Virus record (IMG/VR): IMGVR_UViG_3300043774_000656
Coordinates: 1 to 64,000 of that record
Length of the DNA stretch: 64,000 nucleotides
Source: a virus
Direction: 5' to 3' (one strand)
Shown here: positions 48,163 through 57,471 of the stretch, in pieces
How the letters are laid out: each line of letters opens with the position of its first letter
Position numbering within the stretch: the first letter of the stretch is position 1
The notes under the pieces: generated by a model
The model's input: only the letters and a program-made list of their open reading frames with translations
Databases searched by the model: none
What the model was told of the DNA's origin: nothing
Translations under genes and position numbers: made by a program

Positions 48163-49680
48163 TTACGGTGTATTTGGCCACTCTCTTCTAAAGAGGTGCA
48201 TTTTTTGTCTCATTCTACCCTCGACTTCATCATAAGTGATGAATATCCTAGCTATAGTATATATGCCGGTTAATCTTTCATTTACTTTCAAATTAAGATT
48301 ACCGTTTTTAAGATCACCTTCATCACCTTTTTTATCTTTCATTTCTTCACCTCTTTCCTGGTTCAGAACCTCTTTCTGCTCCTGTACAGCAGAGTTTACA
48401 GGGCTCTGCTCATAGATAATAACCGGTAGTAGTTGATATCTATACAATGATAAATTGGTTGTTTCAAGCTCTACTTCTAAATACATTTTTTCAAGCTCAA
48501 CATTGTTCTTATAGTTAAGCATCTGTGCATAGTAATAGTTACGGTGAACATTTTTACCCTGTTTACCTACATACTTATACTTCTGTTGCTCATTATAGAT
48601 TCTTTCACCTTCAGCTGTAAGCTTACCTTTTAATGGAGCCTGATCTGGTGGCAAGTTTTCAGTAGTAAGAGGTTCAACAGTAAATGTTCTATACTCTTTA
48701 TCTACATCATCATAATATTGAATAATTCTTCGATACCCATCATTCAGGGTAATAGTAGCAGCGTTGTTGATTAGTTTATACTTTTCAATATAAAGATTAC
48801 TACCTCGCTTTGCATACTGGTTTGTTAAGTACAACTTAACCTCACTTTGCGTAACAGGCGTATCATTTTCAATGTGATTAGATATACTTGGATCTTGTAT
48901 CAAGCTACTTAAAGTATCTTCTAGTTTTTCATCAAACGTCACCTGTTTATTGACATTAACCAATGTAAGATAATAATATGGATCTATGTATGCTTTAAAA
49001 AAACTATTGTCATCTTTATACGCTGAGTCTAGTGCATCACCTAATAGTTTAAACTTAGTATCAAACGGGCAAAGCCTTTTCATTAAATCATCTGTTCTGT
49101 CTTCATTTGATGCAAAGCCTAATTGCAACTCGTCTGCAAGCGTTATAAAAAAATCATATGAATTTGCTTCTGGATATGTCTTACATGTTTCAGCATATAA
49201 TCCAGGTAATCTTAAAACACCGGTTATGTTAATTGAAACCGTGTCACTACCTCCTCCTTTTTCATCACCTCCGCCTCCACTGTATGCTTCTGAGTTACCA
49301 GCATCTGATGATACTTCGGTTATATCAAAGTCCATTCTAATAGGCTTGTAAAGAGTTTCATCTTTGCTTTTAATGTAAAGCATGACTACATCACCATCTG
49401 ATGGGTATTGACCTTTTGTAAAAGTACCTTTACTGTCTCTTACTGTAGCCTTCATATAAGGAACTATACCATCTAGATTTAGTTCAAAGTCAACTACATC
49501 TTCTTTATTAAAATCAAATCTGTTTATTCTAATTGCAGGATATTGGTCACCTGCAAATTTACTCATCCTATCATATTGCTTATCATATTCTTGACCCTCT
49601 TCTATGTTAGCCATATCAAAACTTTCAAGGCTAATCGTAGGTTCAGTAACTGTTAAAATGTTATTAGATAATGAAGGCAT
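48163..49680 (-). CDS. Baseplate hub protein (gp27-like)
   Basis: 505 aa between the gp53-like and gp5-like genes; C-terminal LTGIYTIARI...LFRREW is typical of hub proteins. Confidence 0.6.
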   Translation of the reverse strand: MPSLSNNILTVTEPTISLESFDMANIEEGQEYDKQYDRMSKFAGDQYPAIRINRFDFNKEDVVDFELNLDGIVPYMKATVRDSKGTFTKGQYPSDGDVVMLYIKSKDETLYKPIRMDFDITEVSSDAGNSEAYSGGGGDEKGGGSDTVSINITGVLRLPGLYAETCKTYPEANSYDFFITLADELQLGFASNEDRTDDLMKRLCPFDTKFKLLGDALDSAYKDDNSFFKAYIDPYYYLTLVNVNKQVTFDEKLEDTLSSLIQDPSISNHIENDTPVTQSEVKLYLTNQYAKRGSNLYIEKYKLINNAATITLNDGYRRIIQYYDDVDKEYRTFTVEPLTTENLPPDQAPLKGKLTAEGERIYNEQQKYKYVGKQGKNVHRNYYYAQMLNYKNNVELEKMYLEVELETTNLSLYRYQLLPVIIYEQSPVNSAVQEQKEVLNQERGEEMKDKKGDEGDLKNGNLNLKVNERLTGIYTIARIFITYDEVEGRMRQKMHLFRREWPNTP

Positions 49681-49682
49681 AG

Positions 49683-50222
49683 TTATACTTTTCTAGCGGT
49701 TTCTGGTTTTTTAACTTTTAAATTAGCTCCCAGAAGTATAGCATTTGGTTTAATTTCCTTTGACTTCTGGTCTGACTTTAGCATATTAGGTGGTAGATTC
49801 TCAGTTGAGCCGTTTGGGTTAGCCTTTGATTTTTCTGCAAGAAACTCAAGTCTCTTTTTATCAACAGGTGTAATCCTTTTCTTGTTTTCAAAATTAGTTC
49901 TAGGCTTCAAGTTCTTTTTGATAGGTTTATAACTAGAGAATACTGAACTGAGATCAGGTATCATAAGATTCATACCTTCCTTTATACAGAATGGATTTGA
50001 AATACCATTTGCTTTTAAAATAACATCCACAAACTCAACTGTTCCATAGTAAATAAATGAAATGATATCAGGTCTCATTACCTGATCTGAGTTTACATAA
50101 TGCATTTTAATTATCCTCGCATTCTTCGATATCATGAATGGAGGTACTGCAATGTTAATCTTCATATCACCGGTTAGGTCATCGACCACCTTAGACATAT
50201 TCTGTAATGTTTTAATTCTCAT
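49683..50222 (-). CDS. Baseplate wedge protein (gp53-like, LysM-type)
   Basis: RPDIISFIYYG....VILKANGISNPF.IKEG..LMIP motif. Confidence 0.85.
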   Translation of the reverse strand: MRIKTLQNMSKVVDDLTGDMKINIAVPPFMISKNARIIKMHYVNSDQVMRPDIISFIYYGTVEFVDVILKANGISNPFCIKEGMNLMIPDLSSVFSSYKPIKKNLKPRTNFENKKRITPVDKKRLEFLAEKSKANPNGSTENLPPNMLKSDQKSKEIKPNAILLGANLKVKKPETARKV

Positions 50223-50234
50223 AGTACTAGATTT

Positions 50235-52103
50235 TTAAGAGAAGCCAACAGCTTTAGCAAAGTTTGCATATCCTGCTTTCAAATTATCATTGAGCTTAGG
50301 GTACTTACTCACTATCTGTTCTTGGTATACCTCACCTACAGCTCCCTGTATTGTGTCAGGACCTGATAATTGAGCAGCAGCGTTGTGTCCAATATTAGAA
50401 GCATTTCTATTTGTACTACCTGTACCATTTATACTACCTGTCTGTTGAAAACCATTTGCAGCATTAGGTGCAGGTAGTTTATTGTAACCTGTACCGACGT
50501 ATGGTTGTTTACCAGCAACGTTTGTAAAATCTTCTTCACCTTCAGGTACTTGATATAATCTACCTCTACCTGCGTTAAACATCATTTCAAGATCGACTTT
50601 ATCACGATCTCGACCACTCTTTAAAGTTGTTGTTACTGTAAGTTCAGTTGGGAAGTCATCTTTACCTAGAGGTCCACCGAACTTAAATTCAGCATTCGTA
50701 CAAATAAGATTACCTATCATTGCGATTGGATTCAATGGGTTACCTACTGTAAGGTGCCATTGTCCTGTAGCAGATCCTGATAGTAATGCAGCTGCTGCTT
50801 GACCTCCCTGCGGTGTATTAAAGTTTTTCATAATCCAACCTCCAACCATGTCTGAAGCCACTTTACCGACACCTTCAACTGCACTTGCCAGTGTAAAACC
50901 ACCTGAACCGTCTCCGAATACATTGCTTATTATACCACCTAGGTCGCTGATTACACTATTGAAATACTCTCCTAGATTACCACTTCTTAATAGTTCGTGA
51001 TTACCTATAGGTTCACCAAAACCTTGACCACCGCCTCCACCGTAATATCTAGTACCTCCTCCCCAGAATGGAGCCGAATTATATGTAAGTACCAGCATGT
51101 TAGCTAGCACATCAAGCATCGCTATCTTAGGATTGATATTACCATAAGATCTTAATGAATAGTGAAAATTTATCTTAAATTCAGGAGCACAAAAAATACC
51201 ACTGTCTTTAATCATAACTCTTTTAATCACGTATAATGGACCTTCTACGAAGTTAGGATAAGTTGTCTTAACAGGATCATAACCTGCGGCAGGTGTTGGA
51301 TTTACGGCATTGGCTGAAGTATTACCAGTACCTAGTGTTGCAGCACTTGAAAAGAATGATGCTGGACTAAATCCTGTAGTACCTATTCCCATGAAACCAT
51401 TACCACTGACTGAATGTTGGGCAGACTGTAATGCTTGCATTTCAGATTCTACTTCTTTAAATTTCAACTCTGTTTTAAACTGTATAATGTCTTCAAGTTT
51501 ATTACCTGTTGCTTCACTCATCCATGTCACGGCTCTTGCCATGTCCATTTGTCTAGTATCAACAGCTTGACTTGATTTCCAGTCATAGGCAGACGGTGAA
51601 ATAATATCATCAAGTACTGGAGCATGAAATCTTCTCAGGGTAAGCATATAGTTATTAGGTATCTTACCGTGATATTTAGCATATATGAAATCGGCATAAC
51701 TATAAACCATAGCCGTATTATCTGGCAAATCATTAAAATAATTTATAATGTTTGCGGTTGTAGGTACCATAGCGAGCTTAAACTGCTCATCTGTTATAAA
51801 TCTAGATTCGGGATTGTCGCGATAGTCTTCTCCTTTAATAGCGCCACCTGTAAGCGTCTTATATTGTAACAAGACGTATCTGTTAATCATAGAAGCAGGA
51901 GCTAAACCCTGTTCACCGACTTCAGTATCTAGTACCTCAAACTTTTTAATAGGATAACCATTATCGTATTGTGAGTTTAAGAAATCACTAATGTTTTCAG
52001 ACCTATATTGATTATTCAGCTTTGCTTCTAGAACAGTAGCTGCATCATTAGACTGTGATTTAGGGCTTAAACTTGGACCTTTTGCCCCTGTTACTCTTGC
52101 CAA
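50235..52103 (-). CDS. Baseplate tail-tube cap-like protein (gp48-like)
   Basis: Tube-fold-like segments (FKINFHYSL; GNLICTNAEFKF...DDFPTELTVTTTL) with a glycine-rich insert; first gene of the baseplate operon; TTG start. Confidence 0.5.
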   Translation of the reverse strand: MARVTGAKGPSLSPKSQSNDAATVLEAKLNNQYRSENISDFLNSQYDNGYPIKKFEVLDTEVGEQGLAPASMINRYVLLQYKTLTGGAIKGEDYRDNPESRFITDEQFKLAMVPTTANIINYFNDLPDNTAMVYSYADFIYAKYHGKIPNNYMLTLRRFHAPVLDDIISPSAYDWKSSQAVDTRQMDMARAVTWMSEATGNKLEDIIQFKTELKFKEVESEMQALQSAQHSVSGNGFMGIGTTGFSPASFFSSAATLGTGNTSANAVNPTPAAGYDPVKTTYPNFVEGPLYVIKRVMIKDSGIFCAPEFKINFHYSLRSYGNINPKIAMLDVLANMLVLTYNSAPFWGGGTRYYGGGGGQGFGEPIGNHELLRSGNLGEYFNSVISDLGGIISNVFGDGSGGFTLASAVEGVGKVASDMVGGWIMKNFNTPQGGQAAAALLSGSATGQWHLTVGNPLNPIAMIGNLICTNAEFKFGGPLGKDDFPTELTVTTTLKSGRDRDKVDLEMMFNAGRGRLYQVPEGEEDFTNVAGKQPYVGTGYNKLPAPNAANGFQQTGSINGTGSTNRNASNIGHNAAAQLSGPDTIQGAVGEVYQEQIVSKYPKLNDNLKAGYANFAKAVGFS

Positions 52104-52115
52104 TTAAATAAATCT

Positions 52116-52132
52116 TATTTTTAGTATATATT
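52116..52132 (-). promoter_or_regulatory. Putative late promoter AATATATACTAAAAATA
   Basis: One mismatch over 17 nt to the extended motif; heads the baseplate operon. Confidence 0.7.
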
Positions 52133-52137
52133 GGGGT

Positions 52138-52701
52138 TTACAGTTTTTCCGTATAATCTAGCCATTGCTTATCATCACCGGCAACTTTATCTCCAATAAA
52201 TCTTCTGAGTCTTATAAAGAACTCGGCATACGTAGGTATTCTATATTTACCCTTATATGAAGTTCTGCTTGCATGTTGCATCACAGAACGTAGTGACTTT
52301 TCAATAACATGATCTTCAACTTTATTGAAAAGGTCAAACATATCCTGTTTATATTGCTGCGTCATTATAGAATCAACAACAACCAGGAACCTTCTTTCTT
52401 TAGGACCGTTCATGTCTCTAAAGAAGTCGTCATGTGTTTTAAGCGGATTGTCTTCTGAGAATTTTAAGCGTCTAGGTTTTGAATTAAAGCTCTGTACGTA
52501 ACTCATCTTTGAAAAATGCATTCTCAGAAAATCAGATGAGTCGTAGAATTTAACAATCTTAATTAGATACTCTGGGTTAATCTCATCATACTTCACATCT
52601 TTAATTACGCCCTTGACAGGTATAAGTATATTAGGATGTGAATGGGATATTAAGAGAGAATAAACCCTTTCACCTTTTACAAAAAGCTTATGATTGAGCA
52701 T
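52138..52701 (-). CDS. Hypothetical protein
   Basis: 187 aa ORF in a chain of overlapping genes. Confidence 0.65.
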   Translation of the reverse strand: MLNHKLFVKGERVYSLLISHSHPNILIPVKGVIKDVKYDEINPEYLIKIVKFYDSSDFLRMHFSKMSYVQSFNSKPRRLKFSEDNPLKTHDDFFRDMNGPKERRFLVVVDSIMTQQYKQDMFDLFNKVEDHVIEKSLRSVMQHASRTSYKGKYRIPTYAEFFIRLRRFIGDKVAGDDKQWLDYTEKL

Positions 52702-53095
52702 ATTCTACTAAAACTACTTCATCAAATCGTGAAACAACTTCTTCTGGTATTTCTACACTATTCTTTTTATGATTGACTATAGTTAACATAAAAACTATTT
52801 CACTTTCATAGACCTCAGAGATCAACGACCTAATAGAGTCTACAGTTTCGCCGTCTAGGTTTTTTAATGCATACAGGATATAATCAGCATCTGTTACCGC
52901 CTTAAAAAGCTTTTTACGGATATATGAATTTATGACAAGCTCACTGGGTTTTATTCCATCTATGTCATTCTTAATAAGTTTAGATATAATGTCATGGTAA
53001 CTTACAACCTCTTCAGCTGAAGAGTTCTTGCAGTACTTCTTAAAGTCTAACTTATTTTTAGCGTAGATACAGTTAATCTTTTTCATTGAGCTCAT
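52688..53095 (-). CDS. Hypothetical protein
   Basis: 135 aa ORF; the true start may be the second Met at 53086. Confidence 0.6.
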   Translation of the reverse strand: MSSMKKINCIYAKNKLDFKKYCKNSSAEEVVSYHDIISKLIKNDIDGIKPSELVINSYIRKKLFKAVTDADYILYALKNLDGETVDSIRSLISEVYESEIVFMLTIVNHKKNSVEIPEEVVSRFDEVVLVEYAQS

Positions 53096-53420
53096 CGACT
53101 TCCTTTTTTAAGGTTTTCAGATATCTTAGTTCGGCACTAAGCACTTTTATTTTATGTTCAAGTTCTTCCTCATCTGGCAGATAACTTTTACCCCAGTCTG
53201 TCTTCATTACCAGGTTTAATTTATCAAATTTATTACCTGTCTCGATGTCAAGTTCTTCGCACAGCTCATACAAGAAGTTTATTTTACTCTTAAACTCTTT
53301 ATCGTTTATAAAGTCATAAACCACTTTCTTTTCATACTTGTCACCCGCCCCATTGATGTTATCATCGACTACAGTCTTGATAACACCATTTGAGGCTACT
53401 TCTAAAATAACTTTAACCAT
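53073..53420 (-). CDS. Hypothetical protein
   Basis: 115 aa ORF with a start overlapping the upstream stop. Confidence 0.65.
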   Translation of the reverse strand: MVKVILEVASNGVIKTVVDDNINGAGDKYEKKVVYDFINDKEFKSKINFLYELCEELDIETGNKFDKLNLVMKTDWGKSYLPDEEELEHKIKVLSAELRYLKTLKKEVDELNEKD

Positions 53421-53758
53421 TAGTTATTAGGCCAAGGTTTGATAGTTTCCATCCAGCTTTCAATGTGCTTATCGGTTTTTTCTTTATCAAAACCCATTTC
53501 AGCACAGCTTACACGGAGTCTTTGTTCTATTGAAGACAACTGCGACTCTAGATCACTCAGAATAATCTTTTCATACTCACCATGTCTTCTACTACCATCT
53601 GTCTGATTATTTGCAACAACTTTACCCCAGTCTGAAAGTGCTAGATTTCTTTTAGCCTTGAGAATACCTACACCTTTCATGTAAGCTCTACGTTGTCTTC
53701 TGTTCATCCATACTTTCTGCTGCTTGTTGACCTCTAGATTGTTTTGGTTCTCTTCCAT
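53420..53758 (-). CDS. Hypothetical protein with basic NRRQRR motif
   Basis: 112 aa; MNRRQRRA arginine-rich segment. Confidence 0.6.
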   Translation of the reverse strand: MEENQNNLEVNKQQKVWMNRRQRRAYMKGVGILKAKRNLALSDWGKVVANNQTDGSRRHGEYEKIILSDLESQLSSIEQRLRVSCAEMGFDKEKTDKHIESWMETIKPWPNN

Positions 53759-54218
53759 GATTATAGAATTTAAGAATTTGTGTTTTTATTTGTTCTCTAA
53801 CTTGTTTATGTAATTCGTTTTTATCTATGTGAAGCATAAGCATATCAACTACAATTGAGTCGACATCTGCATCAAACGAGTCCTTAATAAGATTATATAC
53901 TGTGGCCTTAGGGATATCTAAATCAAATCTATAAGCAAACTGTAATTTCTCCTTTGTTGCTTGATTAAGTAAAGCTTTAATAGGATTAGGATCTTCTTTC
54001 TTCTGTACAGGTTCTTTCTGTCTAGGTTCTGGCCTAGTTTTAGTAATAGACATATCCATTGCAATTTCACCTTCTACTTGTAACATAAATTCTTGTAAAA
54101 GGTTAACGCTGATACGTCCACCACTTTTGAAATAAACCCATTCCTCGTCATGTGAGTGATATAACTCTACATTACCAGACTTTTCTCCTTTAATCCATTG
54201 ATACTTTTCAGCGAACAT
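53688..54218 (-). CDS. Hypothetical protein
   Basis: 176 aa, preceded by a middle-class promoter motif. Confidence 0.65.
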   Translation of the reverse strand: MFAEKYQWIKGEKSGNVELYHSHDEEWVYFKSGGRISVNLLQEFMLQVEGEIAMDMSITKTRPEPRQKEPVQKKEDPNPIKALLNQATKEKLQFAYRFDLDIPKATVYNLIKDSFDADVDSIVVDMLMLHIDKNELHKQVREQIKTQILKFYNHGREPKQSRGQQAAESMDEQKTT

Positions 54219-54223
54219 AAAGG

Positions 54224-54249
54224 TTATATGCTAAAAGAATTAAATGTTT
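54224..54249 (-). promoter_or_regulatory. Putative middle-class promoter AAAC-N17-TATAA
   Basis: Exact spacing match; only 5 nt before the ATG at 54218. Confidence 0.65.
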
Positions 54250-54251
54250 AA

Positions 54252-56183
54252 TTACAATTGTGTCGTAATAAGATTGCCATAGTCATCCACTGTTATGGCA
54301 AATCTAGTGCCATTAGGTGAAGCTAAGATAATACAACCTTCAGGTGCTGAAGGGTTTGTTACATCAGCAGGTTGTGTTAGTTCTAAATAAGTTGCACTTC
54401 CGGCAATTTCAATAGGAGTGGCTGTAGAAAAACCATTTTGACAAACATCATTCAAATCTACACTGATATCTATTGCAACAGAATTTGTACCGCCTGTCGA
54501 AGGTGATGTATTTACTGTTGTTCCAATACCATCTACGAAATCTATACCGGTAAATGAGCCATCTAGTGAACCGTTTGCATATATGTCGATCTGATTAGGT
54601 GTTGCAATATTAGCCTCAACCGCTACAGTATCTGTGCCAGCCTGGTCTGTTACAGTCCAGGTTATTTCAGTATTGTCTTTAAACGCTAAATTAAGACGAG
54701 GTGCATTCAATACTGTTATAACCGCAGGCGCAGGATCCTGTACACCTACTATAACCTTTGATTCAGCTTCTACGGTTACATTATCACCGGTACCAAGAGT
54801 TGCTGTAAATATAACATTACTAGTATCTGTAAAATCCAGATTATGTACAGTACCAACACTTGAAGTATTAGATTGCACTGTTATCTTCGGGTCTACAAGC
54901 TCAACAGTAGCTGCACTTGAAGTTACACCTGTCACTGTAAAGCTACCAAAGCTATTTGCAATAAAATCTAGACCAGCATATGCTCCTATAAGTGTGCCAT
55001 CTTCATATACATCTATGATGGCTGAACTAGCCGCAGAAAGGTCTATTACGTTAGGTGTAGTTGTATCAATGGTAATACTACCATCAGTTGATGATAAAAC
55101 TCTATAAGCCGTGTTTGTAAATGGGCCACCATAAGTACTAGCTATTATATAGTCACTTGAATCAGTCGGTTTACTAGTTACATTATTCCAGTGTACTTGA
55201 CCGCCACCGCCAGATGTTGTTAACTGTGTTTTTGTAAAATATCTAGTATCGTGATTATGGGCAAATGGCGCGGTTGCGAAACCCGTGTCAAGACTATAAG
55301 TCATTGCTACGTTATTCCATTTACCGGTGCCAAAATTATATCTAAGCAATTGATTATTAGCTAATGCTGAAAATTGTACATCACTTAAACCTGAAAGTGA
55401 AGCAGAGACTGCAGCCTGGTTTTCCCATTTCTTTGTACTGTTATTCCAAACTAATGTATGACCAGTTGCAAGAGTACCTGTATTTATAGTTACGTCTTCT
55501 AATTGATTATTAGAGTTAGGATAAAGTATAGAGTAGTTAGTTAATGTAGTAGGAACTATAGTATGGGTATGTACATTGTAGTCAGCAGCAAGTGCGGAAA
55601 TATCAACACCATCTACAGTTATGGCATTTGCAAGTGTGATATTACCAGTAAAATATGATGTGCCGTATACAGTTAATTTATAAAGGCTATTTACATTACC
55701 ACTCCCTATAATAACCTGCCCGGTATGTATGGCTTTTGCATTATTTACACCAGCTCCAATGCTTGGATCACCCACTGGCAACCACCACTTAACAGCATTA
55801 TCTTTTATACTTAGGTTTGCATTAGCTCCTACAATTGAAATATTGAAGTCATCAGGTGCAACTGTAAGTGTATTAACTGAACCTGATGTTGTACCATCTG
55901 TTACAGTGATGTTAGTACCAGCTGCAGCAGCTGCACCAATTGCCTCCCATTGTGCAGGATCCCATGCACTTACAGGACCATTATCAACTAAAGCTCTATA
56001 CCATGCTAGACCTGAAGCACTTCCTGTATCATCTGGATCGTGATAAACAATATAGCCTTCTTTATAATATCTGGTTGGTACCCAAGGATTTGCAACATAG
56101 AGGAAGTTGCTATCTACTTCACCCCAAGATAATTCTCTTTGTTGCTCGGTCCTTAGTTTAATATATTCTGATAAATGCGCCAT
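54252..56183 (-). CDS. Fibre-like virion protein with carbohydrate-binding-like module
   Basis: ELSWGEVDSNF anchor; WVPTRYYKEGYIVYH...WYRAL...W (CBM5/12-like); L.DV...L.WN..KW.N repeats; HTH and HNH motifs; ~40-aa repeats ending in LDF; C-terminal SPNGTRFAITVDDYG. Confidence 0.72.
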   Translation of the reverse strand: MAHLSEYIKLRTEQQRELSWGEVDSNFLYVANPWVPTRYYKEGYIVYHDPDDTGSASGLAWYRALVDNGPVSAWDPAQWEAIGAAAAAGTNITVTDGTTSGSVNTLTVAPDDFNISIVGANANLSIKDNAVKWWLPVGDPSIGAGVNNAKAIHTGQVIIGSGNVNSLYKLTVYGTSYFTGNITLANAITVDGVDISALAADYNVHTHTIVPTTLTNYSILYPNSNNQLEDVTINTGTLATGHTLVWNNSTKKWENQAAVSASLSGLSDVQFSALANNQLLRYNFGTGKWNNVAMTYSLDTGFATAPFAHNHDTRYFTKTQLTTSGGGGQVHWNNVTSKPTDSSDYIIASTYGGPFTNTAYRVLSSTDGSITIDTTTPNVIDLSAASSAIIDVYEDGTLIGAYAGLDFIANSFGSFTVTGVTSSAATVELVDPKITVQSNTSSVGTVHNLDFTDTSNVIFTATLGTGDNVTVEAESKVIVGVQDPAPAVITVLNAPRLNLAFKDNTEITWTVTDQAGTDTVAVEANIATPNQIDIYANGSLDGSFTGIDFVDGIGTTVNTSPSTGGTNSVAIDISVDLNDVCQNGFSTATPIEIAGSATYLELTQPADVTNPSAPEGCIILASPNGTRFAITVDDYGNLITTQL

Positions 56184-56208
56184 GGCTTTATATTTGTTTA
56201 TTTATTGA

Positions 56209-56922
56209 TCAGGGTGTTGTACGTAAATACATTTTACGCAAAGGTGCAGTGCTAATACCTGCTGTAAGCGGGGTCTTGTTTATAACAAAGAAAAGCTTGT
56301 AAAGTTCAAACGTAAACTCAACATAGCCTATAGCGGCATAGCATAAATTAACATACTGACCCTGTATGAATAATCTATTCAGTCTACCAAATATCTTATT
56401 GTAAACATCTATAAAACCAGCTACAGTATTTTTAAATCTTTCTATTACTACTGCTATCTGATCTTGTCTTCTAAGGTCAAATCTGCTACTGTTGATTATC
56501 TTAAGTGCACTGGTTACATCCTTAACAGTAAAGGACATTTGATATTCTTTTATGTAGCTATTGATATTAAAACTTTCAAGTGCTACAAGGTTACCTACAT
56601 TACAGAAAAACTCAGATGACTCAAAGTACACCTGAAATGGGTCATAGGTATTATAAAGAAATTGACCAACCGTTGTTGTAACAGGTTCCTGTATAGCTAA
56701 TCTTGGATCGTCTGTGTAGGGACTTCTTTTAGACTGGACCTTTTTAAGATACTTATTGGTATATTCCAATTTAAGTGCCTCAAGTGTCGGATAGGTGACA
56801 TATTGTTTTTTAGCACCCTTTTGAGTATAACTTACTCTTATTTCAGTAGCAGTAAATGAATTTTTACGTAATGACTCCAGTAAATCAATAATAGTCTTAA
56901 CCGAAGTAGACTCAATAACCAT
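56209..56922 (-). CDS. Hypothetical protein (probably late/structural)
   Basis: 237 aa downstream of the extended late motif and upstream of the fibre. Confidence 0.55.
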   Translation of the reverse strand: MVIESTSVKTIIDLLESLRKNSFTATEIRVSYTQKGAKKQYVTYPTLEALKLEYTNKYLKKVQSKRSPYTDDPRLAIQEPVTTTVGQFLYNTYDPFQVYFESSEFFCNVGNLVALESFNINSYIKEYQMSFTVKDVTSALKIINSSRFDLRRQDQIAVVIERFKNTVAGFIDVYNKIFGRLNRLFIQGQYVNLCYAAIGYVEFTFELYKLFFVINKTPLTAGISTAPLRKMYLRTTP

Positions 56923-56935
56923 TAAGTATGTGCGC

Positions 56936-56954
56936 TATTTTGAGTATATATTTA
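56936..56954 (-). promoter_or_regulatory. Putative late promoter, extended (TAAATATATACTCAAAATA)
   Basis: Exact 19-bp match to 44436-44454. Confidence 0.7.
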
Positions 56955-57440
56955 GCACTGTTGGCACTGTATGCCAGCTCTCATCAAAAGTTCCAAACCA
57001 TCTTTCTGTCTATACTCTTCTCTATAGAAAACTCTCTTAATTCCAGATTGGATTATAAGCTTTGCGCATTCAAAGCACGGGGAAAGTGTAACATATAAAT
57101 CTGCGTCTTCTGAGCTGTTTGAAGATTTTGCAACTTTACTGATAGCATTTGACTCAGCATGTAGAACCTCTCTTTTTGTAATAAGCTTTTTTGCTATACC
57201 GTTATCCAGTTCATATCCATAATCTATCAAAAGTTCTGCAGCATCAGGATTGTCATAATATCTTTCTTCATATTCCTCACAATCATTACCAAATCCATTA
57301 GGTGTGCCATTATAACCATGGCTTATAATAGCCCCATCCTTGACCAAAATACATCCGACCTTTTTACGTTCAGCATATGACAACTGAGAAATTTCCTCAG
57401 CGATATTCATATAGACTTTATTTATGTCGATTCTTGGCAT
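56952..57440 (-). CDS. dCMP deaminase
   Basis: KVGCILV, GYNGTP, HAESNAI and SPCFECAKLI zinc-deaminase motifs. Confidence 0.93.
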   Translation of the reverse strand: MPRIDINKVYMNIAEEISQLSYAERKKVGCILVKDGAIISHGYNGTPNGFGNDCEEYEERYYDNPDAAELLIDYGYELDNGIAKKLITKREVLHAESNAISKVAKSSNSSEDADLYVTLSPCFECAKLIIQSGIKRVFYREEYRQKDGLELLMRAGIQCQQC

Positions 57441-57445
57441 AAGTC

Positions 57446-57471
57446 TTATATTCTATAAAGTAAAATGGTTT
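57446..57471 (-). promoter_or_regulatory. Putative middle-class promoter AAAC-N17-TATAA
   Basis: Exact spacing match; only 5 nt before the ATG at 57440. Confidence 0.65.
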
